DNA from: Bispira polyomma
Taxonomy: Eukaryota
Length of the DNA stretch: 64,000 nucleotides
Assembly (NCBI GenBank): GCA_965649765.1
Contig: OZ287751.1
Span: 84,320,001 to 84,384,000, forward strand
Reading direction: 5' to 3'
A program made the translations under genes and the position numbers. Positions 26,501-39,557 of this stretch are shown one piece after another. How positions within the stretch are numbered: the first letter of the stretch is position 1; each line of letters starts with the position of its first letter. The notes under the pieces are model-generated. The model ran no database searches, was not told the DNA's origin, and saw only the letters and a list, made by a program, of their open reading frames with translations.

Positions 26501-29500
26501 CTACTATCCTTGAAAAAGATGCTATGTGGGTATCTAAAACCCTTCTCCCAACAAACCCCCTTAAATAAACCAATGTCGCCATTACAGAGTCTAAGAGATG
26601 CATACGCCAATTCGAGCATCAATGGTGTCATTCTAAATCCTTGTTCGATAGAGGCTGTTACCGCATCGCCATAATTTCAACAGGCAAATATCTAGTGCCA
26701 AAAGGAAGCACTATGATTCTATCATCAGTGACAATCAAGACAATCCCAAAAGGCTATGTGCCTCCATCAACAAAATTCTGCATTGAACATCCGGGAAAGT
26801 TCTCCCCAAAAATCACTGTCTTACATTTTTAGTGGATGAATTTGAAAAAAATTTTAATCAATAAAATCAGCAACATTCGTGACGATGCATCATTTATGTC
26901 CTCCAACGCCTGGGTGTAAGGTTTCTAACCTGTTCCATTTCTGGACACTCTCCGAGCAGGATGTTCTATAACTCTTATTAAAAACTATTAAGCTCCTATT
27001 AAATCTTGTGAACTAGATCCTATCCCAGCAGTTATTCTAAATCAATGCTTTGATATTCTAGTCACAGACTGCAAATGTAACTCCCTTGATAAAAAAAAGG
27101 GCTCGATAAGAACCCGATCAAAAACTACAGACCGGTGTCAAACATCAGCTTTGCCTCAAAAGTTATCGAGAAAGCTGTACCACAACAAATTTCTGGGCCT
27201 CTACATTTTAGTCTTGATACACATCCTCTCAGCACTGTCATCAATAACCATAATATAAAGCACCGCATGTATGGCATGACACTCATGTCTATCTCTCTAG
27301 ACCCTCAAAATGCAAATAAAAATATTGACCTACTCACAGACTGTCTGTCTGCTGTCCAGGTGTGGATGAACTACTCCAAACTAAAACTAAACCCAGACAA
27401 AACGGAATTCATTCTCATTGGAAACAAGAAAACAGTGAATTCTTAAAATCTTTGTTTCCCATTTTCCTTCTGGGAAAAAACATTAAAATAATCTGAAACC
27501 ACCTGTCAATGGACACTGTGGCTAACACCCTTGTGAGCAGCCGCCTCGGCTACTGCAACTCTCTTCTGTTTGGAGTAAACAAGTCCAGTCCATTTAAAAC
27601 TACCTATGCAGGGTGATTTTTTGCCTGGGTGGTCGCACAGACATAACTCCTTACCTAAAATTTCACTTGCTCCCCATTACCTCTCGAATTTTGTTCAAAA
27701 TACACGTTACCACTTTTAAGGCTGTAGTCACTTAACAGTCTTGCTTCCTTTCTCTCCTTCAGTAACCGTAAGAGAGGCAACAGACTCTCTGTTTCTTCGG
27801 TCATACCCATCAGGAAGTTGGGATCCAGAGCTTTCTCCATTGCAGCTCCTTTGTTATGGAACAGTCTCCCAGTTGACCTCAGATCAATTGATACACTCAT
27901 CGGTTTTAGAAAAAAGCTTAAAACCTATCTTTTTAACCTTGCCTACCCACCTTAGATTTTCTCGAGCAACGCTCCTACTTTTTTCCTTATCACTTTGCTA
28001 TGCCCATGGACTTTACAATCTTATCAATGATTCTGCTGTTGCGCTTTAGAAAACGCCTAGCATCAATAAAGCGTGTTAAAAATTAATAATAATAATAATA
28101 ATAATATAATTGTGTATCTTTGCAATACAATACATATATGACAATTTTATATATATAATTTTTGTAACCCTACAAGCTATGGAACAAGGAACAAGTATAT
28201 TTATATCTCTAAGGCATCAGGCACATAACACGATTGGTATAAAAATATCCCACACATACCTTTCTCAGTGGGGTGTAGGACCGAACATACCATTGATTAC
28301 ATTGATGGAATTCCAGCAAATATAAGTATCTCTTGAAATACAATGATACAAGAAACATACTAGTTTAATTAGCCTAGTTGCATTTTATGTCCCTGTAAAC
28401 TATACATTGACTTAGGAACATCCATGAACCTTGCAATTCTTGTTGATAACTTAAGCATCCAGAATATAACCCTGAAGTAGACGGTTCACCCAATGACATA
28501 GCACTAGTTAAGATGGCAGAACCAGTGGAACTGATTAAAGAAATATCACCTATTTGTCTGCCTGATTATGAAGAGCAAGACTATATGGATGAGAAATGTG
28601 TGATTACTGGCTGGGGACTTACTAAAGGTCAGTTAAAACATAGTTTCTCATAACTGTTTTAGTTTAAGACAGTTTGACCAGCAGTGAACTATATGTTCCG
28701 AAATTTGTGGTGACCAAACACTCTATACCACTGTCAATGACTGTTAGTGTATGTACACATGTATACGGCCTACAATATAAGACGTCTAATTTGCGAAGTG
28801 AGATTTTTTTCAACCTCTCCACCCCCCCTCACACACACCCTCCTTATATAAAAATTATCACCCAATTTTTTGGCTCCTGAATGGAAAATTTTGGAAGCCT
28901 CTAAACGTCGCAATTTCCAATCTGAAAAAATAAGGAGAGAAAAAATTGTTGTCGCAATTCAGACATGTGATATTGGAGGCCACAAGCATGTGTACATACA
29001 CTTACATGTTTTACTATCATGTTGTGCAATTTTGCCATGTTGATATCTTTGATCCACATCCTTGTTACCTTGGTGTGTTGAAGAGCCTACCTACAACATA
29101 TTAACAATATAATATGATTTACACACACACAACTAAGGAAATATAATGTATATATGTATTTGTTTGATATACTGTATCAGCTTGAGTGAAATAAAAACGT
29201 TTCCTATCGACTTGAAAAGACTTAATTTTGATCAAATCTATGGATACATTTGATTGACAGGTACTGGCGATGACGATAAGTTGAACCAGGCTGAATTACC
29301 TGTGATCTCTAATGAGGAATGTGACTATAAGTGGGAGGTAGGCTCTGGGAGAGTGGACCTCATCAAAGACAACCACATCTGTGTGGGTAATGGTGTGCCT
29401 GGGGCATGTAATGTAAGTACTCATAAGACTATATAATTTAGGGGCTTTGGTGATGTAGAAGTAAGGCTGTCGAATCTTACCTCTGTGGTTTAGAGTTGTA

Positions 29501-30965
29501 ATCTTAGCTTTGCCATACATGTGGAAAAGTTGTCGGTAGAAGTGTTGCTTTAGTTGGGGTTTAATGTGGCATTTAAACATATTTGTACCATATCAAAACT
29601 AGCAGTTGATTGGTGGAGGGAACTAGAACAGAATAATTTTAAGGTCAACATTTCTGTTCTGCGAATTAGTCTGAGGCCAACTTTCACACAATCCAGTAAT
29701 GAAATTCAAACACACAACTGCAGAGGTATAGACAGAGAGCCAGGGTACAGCTGTTGACAGCAAGTGGTTGAAATCTTGACGAACTAATCTATACTAGTTT
29801 CCTTCACCAGTAAGTTGGCAATTGTAATGCAATACAAAGATGCCTCAAACAGTTGGAGGCTACAATAATGAGGAACACTATTAAATGGTAGTGAAAAATG
29901 ACAGAGCATTATGTCACTCTGCAAACTAGAAAAATGCTATATAAATAAGAAGAGTGAACTATTGTAGATATTGTCAATGATCACACACTTGTAGAATCAC
30001 TTTGGTATATATTAATTACAACTTCTATCTAATTATCTAATTTGTGATAATAGTTTATAAAATTTATTAATATTGCATTTGATAGGTGTCATATTTTACA
30101 GCCATCTGAGTATCAGTTAGCTTCTTTAAATATAGCGCCACATACTGATTAAACCTTTGGGGTTCCATTATAGTCGCAAAGAAATACAAATATAGATAAT
30201 GTATACATTTATTTCTAAGTCATTACTAAATTATACACACACAACAAGTTATAACTAAATATCAATTTATGTTCACAACCAATAGATTATTAGCTTATTT
30301 CAAATCAAAACATAGGATATGACTTTACTTTCAGATGATGTAAAATATATCTTCAGATGACATATACTTTTTACTTTGACCAGGAATAAGCAATGTATGT
30401 TACATTGCTGTGTTTGGTAAAAAATGGCAAACCAATTAAATGCTTTGTTTTTCCCCCATATATTGGGTTATCCACTATTAACACAGGTAAAAAAGGGATG
30501 GTGTTCAGCACCTAAATGTCATCATTCAAATTGTATTTTAAAGAGTAAGTATTCAATTTTGGTAGTTACGAATATGAGATACACTGCAGTAATTGATAAC
30601 TTTATTTCAGGTCATGTAACTTTTACATGTTGTAGAATCATTTACAGGATTGCTTAAATATGAAGGTCTTACATATCTTGATGACAGAAGATTAAAATGG
30701 GGTACAAATTGGGTCTTCCAAACCTGAATTTAGATAGTTTATTTAAGTTGTTATTTACATCAGTTAATTAAACATATTAAATGTTTATTTGTTATTTCAG
30801 GGAGATTCTGGTGGGCCATTAAATTGCTATGTAAATGGCACCTGGCAACTTGCTGGTGCCACATCATTTGGAGCAGCCGGGTGTGAGGCTTTGGAGGCAC
30901 CCAATGTCTACTCAAGGATCTCCCACTTCCTAGACTGGATAGAAGAAACCATAGCAAACAATTAA
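20537..30965 (+). CDS. Secreted S1A chymotrypsin-type serine protease zymogen with an N-terminal 6-Cys module, copy 2 (7 exons, 346 aa)
   Basis: Exons 20537-20606, 22040-22231, 23554-23746, 24365-24461, 28456-28627, 29261-29412 and 30801-30965. GT-AG introns, open frame and intact triad; exons 2-7 have the same lengths as in copy 1. Confidence 0.95.
24841..28110 (+). mobile_element. L2/CR1-group LINE in intron 4 of protease copy 2, decayed with internal deletions
   Basis: APE motifs [23 protein letters not shown] and [11 protein letters not shown]; RT pieces NYRPVSNI and [15 protein letters not shown]; C-terminal [25 protein letters not shown]; (AAT)n tail at 28085-28110. The empty site is visible in copy 1 near 16204. 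Confidence 0.9.
25001..25275. mobile_element. hAT-like MITE nested in the LINE 5' region
   Basis: Inverted ends CATGGGAGTAGC (degenerate) and GCTACGCCCCTG with an internal poly-G tract; no clean target duplication. Confidence 0.65.
29440..29810. mobile_element. Old SINE remnants in intron 6 (shorter homologue at 17317-17485)
   Basis: Degenerate tRNA-like head GGGGC.TTGGTGATGTAG joined to an inverted SINE-like tail TTGGGGTTTAATGTGGC. Confidence 0.4.
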
Positions 30966-31854
30966 ATTGTGTTAAAATAAAGCTCATGTTTAGGTCTAGT
31001 TTAATCTTGTACTGCCTCCCTTTATGTTTCAAACTCTGAAAAGTTAAGCTCTAGTACAATATGTTGTACCATTTTTACTCTACAAGATGCTGTTGTATCT
31101 CATGCAGGGGCTGTATTGTAAAAGTGAAAAAGTAGAACTTTCCTGACTTACACTTCAAATCTTAAATCTGAAGTGAAGTGGTATTCATGAAAGGTATTAA
31201 CTGAAAAATGACCCAGTACCTATACTTAGATTTTAAATAAGCAAATGTACCTTACATGTTTATAACTTTAAAAGATACACAGTTAATTTTGTGTTCAAGC
31301 TGATTGCATAGTAAGTACATCAAAATAGTGAGTACACATAAACTAAGAATTTTCTCTGAATAAGACCTTTTTGAGTACTTGTACCTTTCCTAACAAGAAA
31401 CGAAGTAAAACTTTTTTTATCTGATGGAATAAAAAATAGACTAATGGTTGGTTCAACAGCAAATCTTTTAATTTTTTAACAAAAAAGTAGATGACACAGG
31501 TCTTCTTTATTGTAGTGTGAGTGATGTTAAATCAGGGCCTTTCATTTCTGTGTTCGGGGTTTTCCATTGTTGGTTATCATAGACTTGTCTTGGCCACTTA
31601 ATCATTGGGTTAACTCTACCATATTCAAATCTGGTGTTCTTGCGTACTGAGTTTCTGTTAACAAATCTCTTTTCAGATCAAATGACACTTATACACAGCA
31701 ATGTTTCACTGATTGTTACTTATTCAAATTGAATCTTGAGCGGCTTTATCGTAATTTAACATTATATCCAAATGACTAAAAATATCTAGGGTCTTACTAT
31801 GTAGACAGAGGGGTTTCATTTCGACTGTGGTATGGTAGGCATTACTGTCAGAGA

Positions 31855-32297
31855 ATGACCATTCGCTCTCGTATTTTGTTCAAGATTCACATTACCACTT
31901 TTAACGCTGTAGTCACTCAACAGCCCTCCTACCTTGCTTCCCTTCTCTCCTTCAGTAAATATAAGAGGGGCAACAGACTGTCTGTTTCTTCGGTCAGACC
32001 AATCATGAAGGCGGGATCTAGAGCATTCTCCATTGCAGCTCCCTTGTTATGGAACAAACTCCCAGTTGACCTCAGATCAGTGGATACACTCATCGGTTTT
32101 AGGAAAAAGCTTAAAACCTATCTTTTTAACCGTGCCTACCCCCCTTAGCTTTTCTCGAGCAACGCTCCTACTTGTTTCCTGATGACTTTGCTATGCCCAT
32201 GGACTTTACTATTGGATCAATGATTCTGCTGTTGTGCTTTAAAAAATGCCTAACATCAATAAAGCGGGTTAAAAATTAATAATAATAATAATAATAT
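31855..32297 (+). mobile_element. 5'-truncated L2 LINE, same family as 24841-28110
   Basis: [31 protein letters not shown], a shared 3' UTR and an (AAT)n tail. Confidence 0.92.
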
Positions 32298-32499
32298 TAG
32301 GTTTATTATGGCTAAAAAGTAGTGTTTAATTACATTGATAATGTCATGAATCCATGATTTCTACAAATCTGCTTGTCAGACTTACAATTTTCTCTAGCTC
32401 CTGTTTAACCTGGGCCTCCCGCTATGTCCTATCAAACTGGAATCTCCCAGTGAGGTCATTACTTGCTCAGGTCTTCAACTTGCCCTTTTGTTTTTCTTT

Positions 32500-35460
32500 T
32501 ATAAATTGTATTTGTCAAAGATGCATGCATAAATCCAGTTATACAGTATCAAACAATAACTTTTACTCACATGGCTGTAAATAAGTATACATGTATATAT
32601 CATAAACACACATACCTTTTTTGTAGGGTAGGAATTGGAATTTCTGCGACATTAAAGTAAATACATTTTTAAAAGGTCTCCAGATTTTGTTGAATTTTTC
32701 TTTATCCTCCATTTTTTCATGGAGATTCGCTTGCTTATTGTAATTTTTGGTTAATTTGACTTTTAGGGAATAATATACAGTAATATTTGGGATACATTTA
32801 TTTACTGCACATGTGAAAATATAGAATTTTGTGATAGCAATAAATGTGTTGGCACAAGTACCACATGTGTCAATAGACATTTTATAAGGAAGATCCCTTA
32901 AACCCAGTATTCTATGTATTAATTGATACTAAAACCAGACCAAGGAATTGTCTTGTACAACATGAAACATGAGACAGAAAACTCTCCTCCATGTCACACT
33001 ATCAATGTATACTTCTAAATCTCTACTCAATTTTAGCTTATATTTACATTCCACCTGTTCCACATTTATCTTGTTATAAATAAATTTACAACCCTGGTTA
33101 CATTTGAATTTGAGGGACATGTGATGAGGGATATAAGGTTTTGAGAAAGAATAGTTTTTATTTATTAGATATCTTCCATCTTTGGTGAATCTTTGTATAA
33201 CAGATTTGAGTTTAAAATATTCCAGGAAGTTTTTTATGCGAAAACCATATTTTTTCTCTATTTTCTGCACATGCCCTATTTTTTTCCAATCCACACCATT
33301 TTAGTTTTGGCCATATTCATTTTCAACCGTGGTAAAGATCCAAACACTTCTAAAATATTTAGTATTTGCTGCAGGGAGCTCTCTAAACCATCCATAAAGA
33401 TTGTAGTGTCATCAGCAAATTGTGAAATTTTAAACTCTACTGAACCAATTTTTATACCCTTTACATTTTTATTGTGTTAAATCATTTTTCGCAGCACACA
33501 ACAGGAAGAGATATGGGGCAATAGGGTCTCCTTGCTTACACCCTTTCTCAATTGGGAAGAATTCTGATAGAACTCCTACTTCTAACACCGAAGCTGTTGT
33601 TCCAGTATTGAAAAAGAGTTATCTATGTTATAAAATCCTCACTAAAAAAATAATCCCTTAGAACATTATATATAACTTTCCATGACACACAGTCACACAT
33701 CTTTTCAAAGTCAATTAACATTAGCAGCCCATTAATATTTTTCTTTTCAGTGTAATTCATAATATCATACAACAACCTTATACTCTCTCCTATAAAGCTA
33801 CCTTTAAGAAATTCGGTTTAATATTGTGATATTAAGTGGGAAAGGAGTTTTTAATCTACTTGCAAGGACACTTGTTGCCATTTTATATAATACACCTGTT
33901 AGGGAAATCGGCCGCCAAGTTTTTAAGCTATCTCTTGCCTTGTTACCCTTTGGCAAACTATTACTGTCTGTCTGAGGGTATCCGGTAGCAGTTCTTGAGC
34001 ATAGCTTTCATTTAAGGCTTGGAGAATAAACATCTTTTGATCTTTCCAAAAGACCTTGAAAAATTCTATAGGTAACCCGTTTATTACCGGGGTTTTATTG
34101 TTTTTCATATTTTTGACTACATTACTGAATTCCACAGTACTGATTCGGCCATTTAAGCTTTCTGATTTATAGTTTGTGAGTTTTCTTTTGCTTAAAATTA
34201 ACTCTTCTAGGTTTTCCAGGTACTTGGGGTTTGATCTTTGAATGAACAAAGGTCTGCATAAAACTGTTTAATATGCGAGAGAATTTCTTTTTGGGTTTGT
34301 ATGACTTTTCCATTTGTTAGTGTAATCTTTTTAATAGTTTTATCTACATATTTGGTTTTTTATAGATTGCAGAACAATTTGGTTGGTTTTTCATTTAACT
34401 GTATATTTTGCACTCTTGACCTTATCATGTAACCGCTTAACTTTATTACTCATAGTTCTTGTAGTTTTTCTTTTTTTAAGATTATTAATTGAGCATTATC
34501 CTCATTATGTTCAGTCTAAAGTTGTTCAATTTCTCTAACTAACATATTTTCCTGTTGTGCATTGTGGTTTTAAATTACTTGCAAATTTGATGGTGTTGCC
34601 TCTCATGTATAATAAAAGCATTTTCAGAAAAAACATTATCAGTCACTATGAAATGTATTTCTGAATCTTTAACATTGTCAATATTTTCGGGGTGATAAAC
34701 TGATAAAGCATATTGTCTTTCAAATTTTTAATCCATTTATTCACATTTTCTACATAGTACATTTAATCTAATCTAACTTTTATAGCGCTTAATCTCTCCT
34801 TTTTAGTGATTCTAAGGCGCAAGACAGTATCCTTATTCAATTTGCATTTCTGTTAGACAAGCATGGGTCAGCACCTTCGAGACGCCGGGTGAATTTTGGG
34901 CTATGGTGGAAAAGCCTTGTCGAAAAGGTAGGTTTAAGTTTTTTTCTAAAAGATGTGAGTTAGTGCACAACGAATTTCGGCAGGTAATTTATTCCAAACT
35001 GTTGGAGCATCATGAGCAAAGCTATTGTTAAACTGTTTAAACTGTTAAATAGTATCAGTTTTTCGAGAGGACTGCAGTTAAAACGTCAAATTCCACTCCT
35101 TTTTGAATTTGTCAATTATCCATTCAAGCTCAATTTGTGAATAATCACTTCTATACCCCAGGAGTATTTTACAAGCATGGATAATGTCTATCAAATTGTT
35201 ATTACCTATAGCATAATCGAGTCTTGCTTGCTTAACCAGATTTCTTCGACACCATGAGTATCGCCTCAAATCAGGATTTAATTGCCTAAATATGTCACAT
35301 AAATTTAATACTTGCATTAAATTGATCTGTGCTGCCCTGGATTCAGGATTGCTCAAGTTAACATAATTTTGCGAATCCATCTTTGTAGGATATTGCAGAA
35401 AATCCATGACATTTGTGGGCAGGGGAGTACCAGGAAGTAAGTATGCTTCCAAAACTCAGG
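32500..35460 (-). mobile_element. Tx1/L1-group LINE ORF2, decayed
   Basis: YSW.RRN..KQARLDY, KNNKTP..NGLPIEFFKVFW, WRPISL, GCKQGDPIAPYLFL and SQFADDTT, with many stops. Confidence 0.88.
34764..35078 (-). mobile_element. 3' end of a second L2-type LINE family with a (TTAGA)n tail, nested in the Tx1 element
   Basis: Minus strand FNNSFAHDAPTVWNKLPAEIR..FRKK.KTYLFDKAFPP, followed by a 3' UTR and a TTAGA tail. Confidence 0.85.
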
Positions 35461-35639
35461 TTTAGCCTATAACAGACAAATTGTTATATATCAGTAAATG
35501 TGCTAGCTCTGATAGACATTTCTTTCAGTTAAAGTGTCTCCAAAAGCTCACATGCTCAACTACAGTATTTAAACTATGTTAATGTTATTGTTCAATTATG
35601 GTTATGTATTTTAAGATAGTGTTACATTTTTTTAGATGG

Positions 35640-38460
35640 TTCCAGATATATATCACAGCTGCTCCACTCTGCTCAGGCGAGGGCCAAGTTGGCTTTTAGG
35701 CCCCGTACCAGGGCCAACTATTCTTGTGTGTTTTATCATTTACTATATTTTTGTGTACAAAATTCAGTTCCACATCTCCAACTATTTTAGTACTTTTAGC
35801 CTATGTTGAGCATTTGGTCGTCATTGGGGTATCTTATTCTACCACCCAAAATTAGTTTTCGGCTGTTGAATATATTATTTTCAGGCGAGTTTGCTACTCA
35901 AAGGGATTCTCACTGTACAAGATAGGGTGAACACATATCACTAATGCGCCAGGTTCTGAAAGAAATGTTCTCTAGCTTTCTCCCTTCTCAAGGCCTTATT
36001 TTTAGTGGATTTATTTGGCTTAGTATTTAGTGTAACATTGTGTGTATGAATTTGATGAGGAAAAGCTGCTTTTGTGGAAACATTTCACGTTTTCACAAAA
36101 CCTAGCTTAGTTCTTCAGGTCAAATGGACTAAAACTATACAAAGTAGCCAGAACAGTCTGTAACTTAAACTTAGGGGTGTACAGGATATGTTTTTGTAGT
36201 GTCCAGCTCCTCTTATTGTTGCTTTGTTGTGGTTCCCTCTGACAGGGGAGGTTATAAATTAGTAACAGATGTTAAGGTTAAGGGTGTGTTAACGCAAATT
36301 TTACTGTCACTTGATGTTAATATGTTGGGATTTCATGCATTCAGGGGCTTCTCTCCTATTAAAAAAAATGTGCCTCTCCCCTTTCTTCAGGTACACATTA
36401 CCTCGACCCCTGATGCGGTCTGGGCCTATTTGCAATCAGGTCCTACCCTTGAGGCCATTACTCATGCTTTCTAAGATATCCTTTCAAAAAACAATATCAA
36501 TTATATTCTTGAGGTAATATTTCTTATTCTTTGTGTATTCACATCCCAAATAATTACACCTTTGGGTAGTTGAAATTGTTAGTACAGTCGTGTATCATGT
36601 GCAGTCCAAGATGGCCAACATGAAAAAATCATCAACCCTGATGATTTGTGGAGTTAGTAAAAAAAGTTAAGTGAAGTTATAACCCCTAAGGACAATACTA
36701 CTAAGTGATCAAGCATCATTGATTTCAACATTTATTACAAAACAACCAATTGGGCATATACATTTATAACCACCTACCTAACAAGATTATTTAGTAAGTT
36801 TACAATCGGTATAAAACACTATAAAGTATTACTAAGTTCACCCCAGTATAAAAAAATAGTTTAAAAAAAAAACAAGTGAAATTAAGGGTGGGTAAAGGGT
36901 AGTTGTTTTTCAGCACACTTCTGCACCCAGATCAAAAGTGAAGCGACCATCTGCTTGGAACATAAATATATGCATCAGTCTTCTCCAAGTTAAACTTGCC
37001 AGGAATAACTTACCCCACACAAGTTCACCATTCAACCATGCAAATTAGGAAGTACAAGGTTTAACGTTGTGACCATTAAAGCCGCTTACTAGTAGTATCA
37101 AAAGTTAAAGCCACTTGTAATAAAAATTTTGAAACCACCCACTATATGACAGCGATATGATAGTTATTTTTTGACAGAATTGAGAAAAGAGATAAAACAG
37201 TTACCACACATTACCATAATGTTACATTAATTACCCAGCTTAACAAGAAACTCACTACATCAGTAAAAGACAATTTTAAATCCCACAAGGCACTGTTATA
37301 AAAACTAATACAGCTAAAACATAGCATCCTTTAATTAAAATACTGTAACCGTTACATAAAACAAGTTTAACAACTATAATGCCTAAAAGAGAATGATACT
37401 ATATTACACGATACACATCTCCATAATGCACTCATTATATAATTCAACCAATTCAACATCATAATTATCATAATATACACCCCATAATGCACACATATCA
37501 TGAACTACCATATCATACAAACAAAACACAATTAATAAGGGCCATCGGGGCAGATCCTGTGGGCCCTGCCCTCAGAGCAAACTCACAAGTAATGGAATAA
37601 ATTGAATAAATATTAAAGTGTCTACAATAAAAACGATATCACAATCTTAAAGGCTGAAATAGAGCAGTGAATAATAGCTTTGAAGCATTTGGCAAAAAAG
37701 ATATAATCTTTCAATTGGATTTTCTCTCGTGGTGTTTAGGCTTCACAGGTGGGAGTCCTGTCTCACCCTTAAAATTATATTTTTAAGTTACCAGACTAAT
37801 TTTGGATAGGTACACTGCTTATGACATCATAAGAAATTCTTCCTGTTGTTAGCGGTTCAAATGTTTATACTGATTGTTTATTGGCTTATAGCTTGGGGTT
37901 ACCCCTGGTGTCTTATTAGTTTATCAGTTTAAAACTAAAAACTGAACCGTAAAGAAGTGCTAGAACTTTTACCCACCCAACCTGTTTGCCAGTGGTTTTA
38001 AATCAGTGGGCTTTTGCCTGTTAAGCTGTGTTGCCTAGTAACCGGGATGTAGTCGCCAGTGTTGGCATTATGTCAGTTGTTTTAAATTTTAGTTTGTTAC
38101 TTGATGTTTTACATGTGCAAAAGTATGAAGAGGGTTTTTATGTTATGTTATTATACTGTTTTACGTAGAATTGTCTATTACTTTATATATAGTCATGGTA
38201 ACACTGACGGGTGACGAACCTAAAATATAAAAGTATAGTAAAAAACTTAAGGTCACCTTACTGGGATGATTTAACCTAAACTTAAGGTCACCTTAGTGGG
38301 ACCTTTCAGTAAACTTAAACAAAGGTTTTGGTTAAGGTCACCTTAGGGCGGACATACAGTTAACTTTAGGTCACCATAGGTTGGTGATCAGTCTGCATAA
38401 ATTATGTATAATGTCAATGTCTGTATAACCTGTATAATCTTTCCTAATCTGTGAATATTT
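35640..38460 (+). mobile_element. Decayed DIRS/Ngaro-like tyrosine-recombinase retroelement remnant(s)
   Basis: YR remnant at about 35960-36474 (KALFL..., VKWTKTIQ, LGFHAFR, DAVWAYLQS) resembles the YR at 52300-53280. A downstream TTAAGGTCACCTTA array lies at 38240-38380. Outer limits are uncertain and more than one element may be present. Confidence 0.65.
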
Positions 38461-38467
38461 ACAGAAT

Positions 38468-38980
38468 ATAAGCTGTTTGTGAGGGCCATACTGGGATATA
38501 TGTACCCGAGGTTAGGTCAATATGGCTTGAGGGCCGCCAGGCCCAAAAGCCATATTGTGCTGAACAAGGTTTATATTCTGTTTATTATACCGAAGCATTT
38601 TTGAGAATTTTTGATAAAGACACTCAGTAGTCTTATAATAAGGGACCCGACGCCTATATTCGCGGAGCTCCAAGGTTTAGTAGCGCCCCTAACTCCTGTG
38701 ACAAGTATGACGATGGTAGGGGGTTTTCGGCCCATTTGCAATAATTTTATTAAAATTGCCTTAAGTGCTAGCTTTGATGTAATTTAAAGTTATATATGTT
38801 AAATATATGTATCCATTATTAAACTTCTGAAATATTACCACCAATGGTGCTTGCTAAACTTTACAAGTGATATGGCCCGCTGCAGTGATATGGCCCCCGA
38901 CTCCCGGGCCATATCGGGGAATATGTTATGTCACGTGATCACATTTTAACCAATAGGATTCACCGCCGAGATATAATAAA
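38468..38980. mobile_element. Non-autonomous Crypton-like element
   Basis: Hairpins CAATATGGC..GAGGGCCGCCAGGCCC..GCCATATTG and GATATGGCCC...GGGCCATATC; terminal TCACGTGA-CCAAT-ATATAATAAA arrangement; no TIRs. Confidence 0.5.
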
Positions 38981-39557
38981 TTGTAATATTAGAAATGTAT
39001 ATATTAATAAATCAGTATCCGCATATGAATCTATGATTTACCTCTTGATTTGGTAGGTGGGGGACAGAGACTCAAATAGTCTAATATTTGTATACCACTT
39101 CAAATGTCACTTTCACTCAGACAATGAATAAGCTTTGTAAAAAGATTTGTACTTGTGATACTAGTCTCTGTGTGCTTTTGACATGCACTATTATCTTCTG
39201 TGACTAGACTTACGAATTGCAGTATATTGCAATATATTGTAGTCACTTGTAAAATCTATGTTTGCTCCAATTGGACGTCTATAAAGTTACATCAAAGACA
39301 TGTTGAAACACCAAAAAATTACTGTTTTTTTTTTGTTGGTGACCATTGTATGTGTACTTGTGTAATACTGGAATAGTGATGATCGTTTTCAAACTGAACA
39401 AGACTTGCCAATAAGGAACATGGACCAACAAGAAACCTCTCGCAGAGGGACTAAAGAGCCCAAAAATGTCTTAAGGTGTACGCAGACGTTTTCTGGCACT
39501 GGATATTATAGATTTTGAGTTGTTTAACCATTTAAAAACTTTTATTTGGATAAAATA

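Noticed and set aside
29266-29280. DDDK enteropeptidase-like site in copy 2
   Set aside because: It lies inside the catalytic domain rather than at the activation site and is DEDK in copy 1; likely coincidental.
11480-31195. Tandem duplication as a haplotype-assembly artefact
   Set aside because: The promoter, exon 1 and intron 1 are heavily diverged and many copy-specific indels exist, so true paralogy is more likely. Only reads can exclude a chimeric join.
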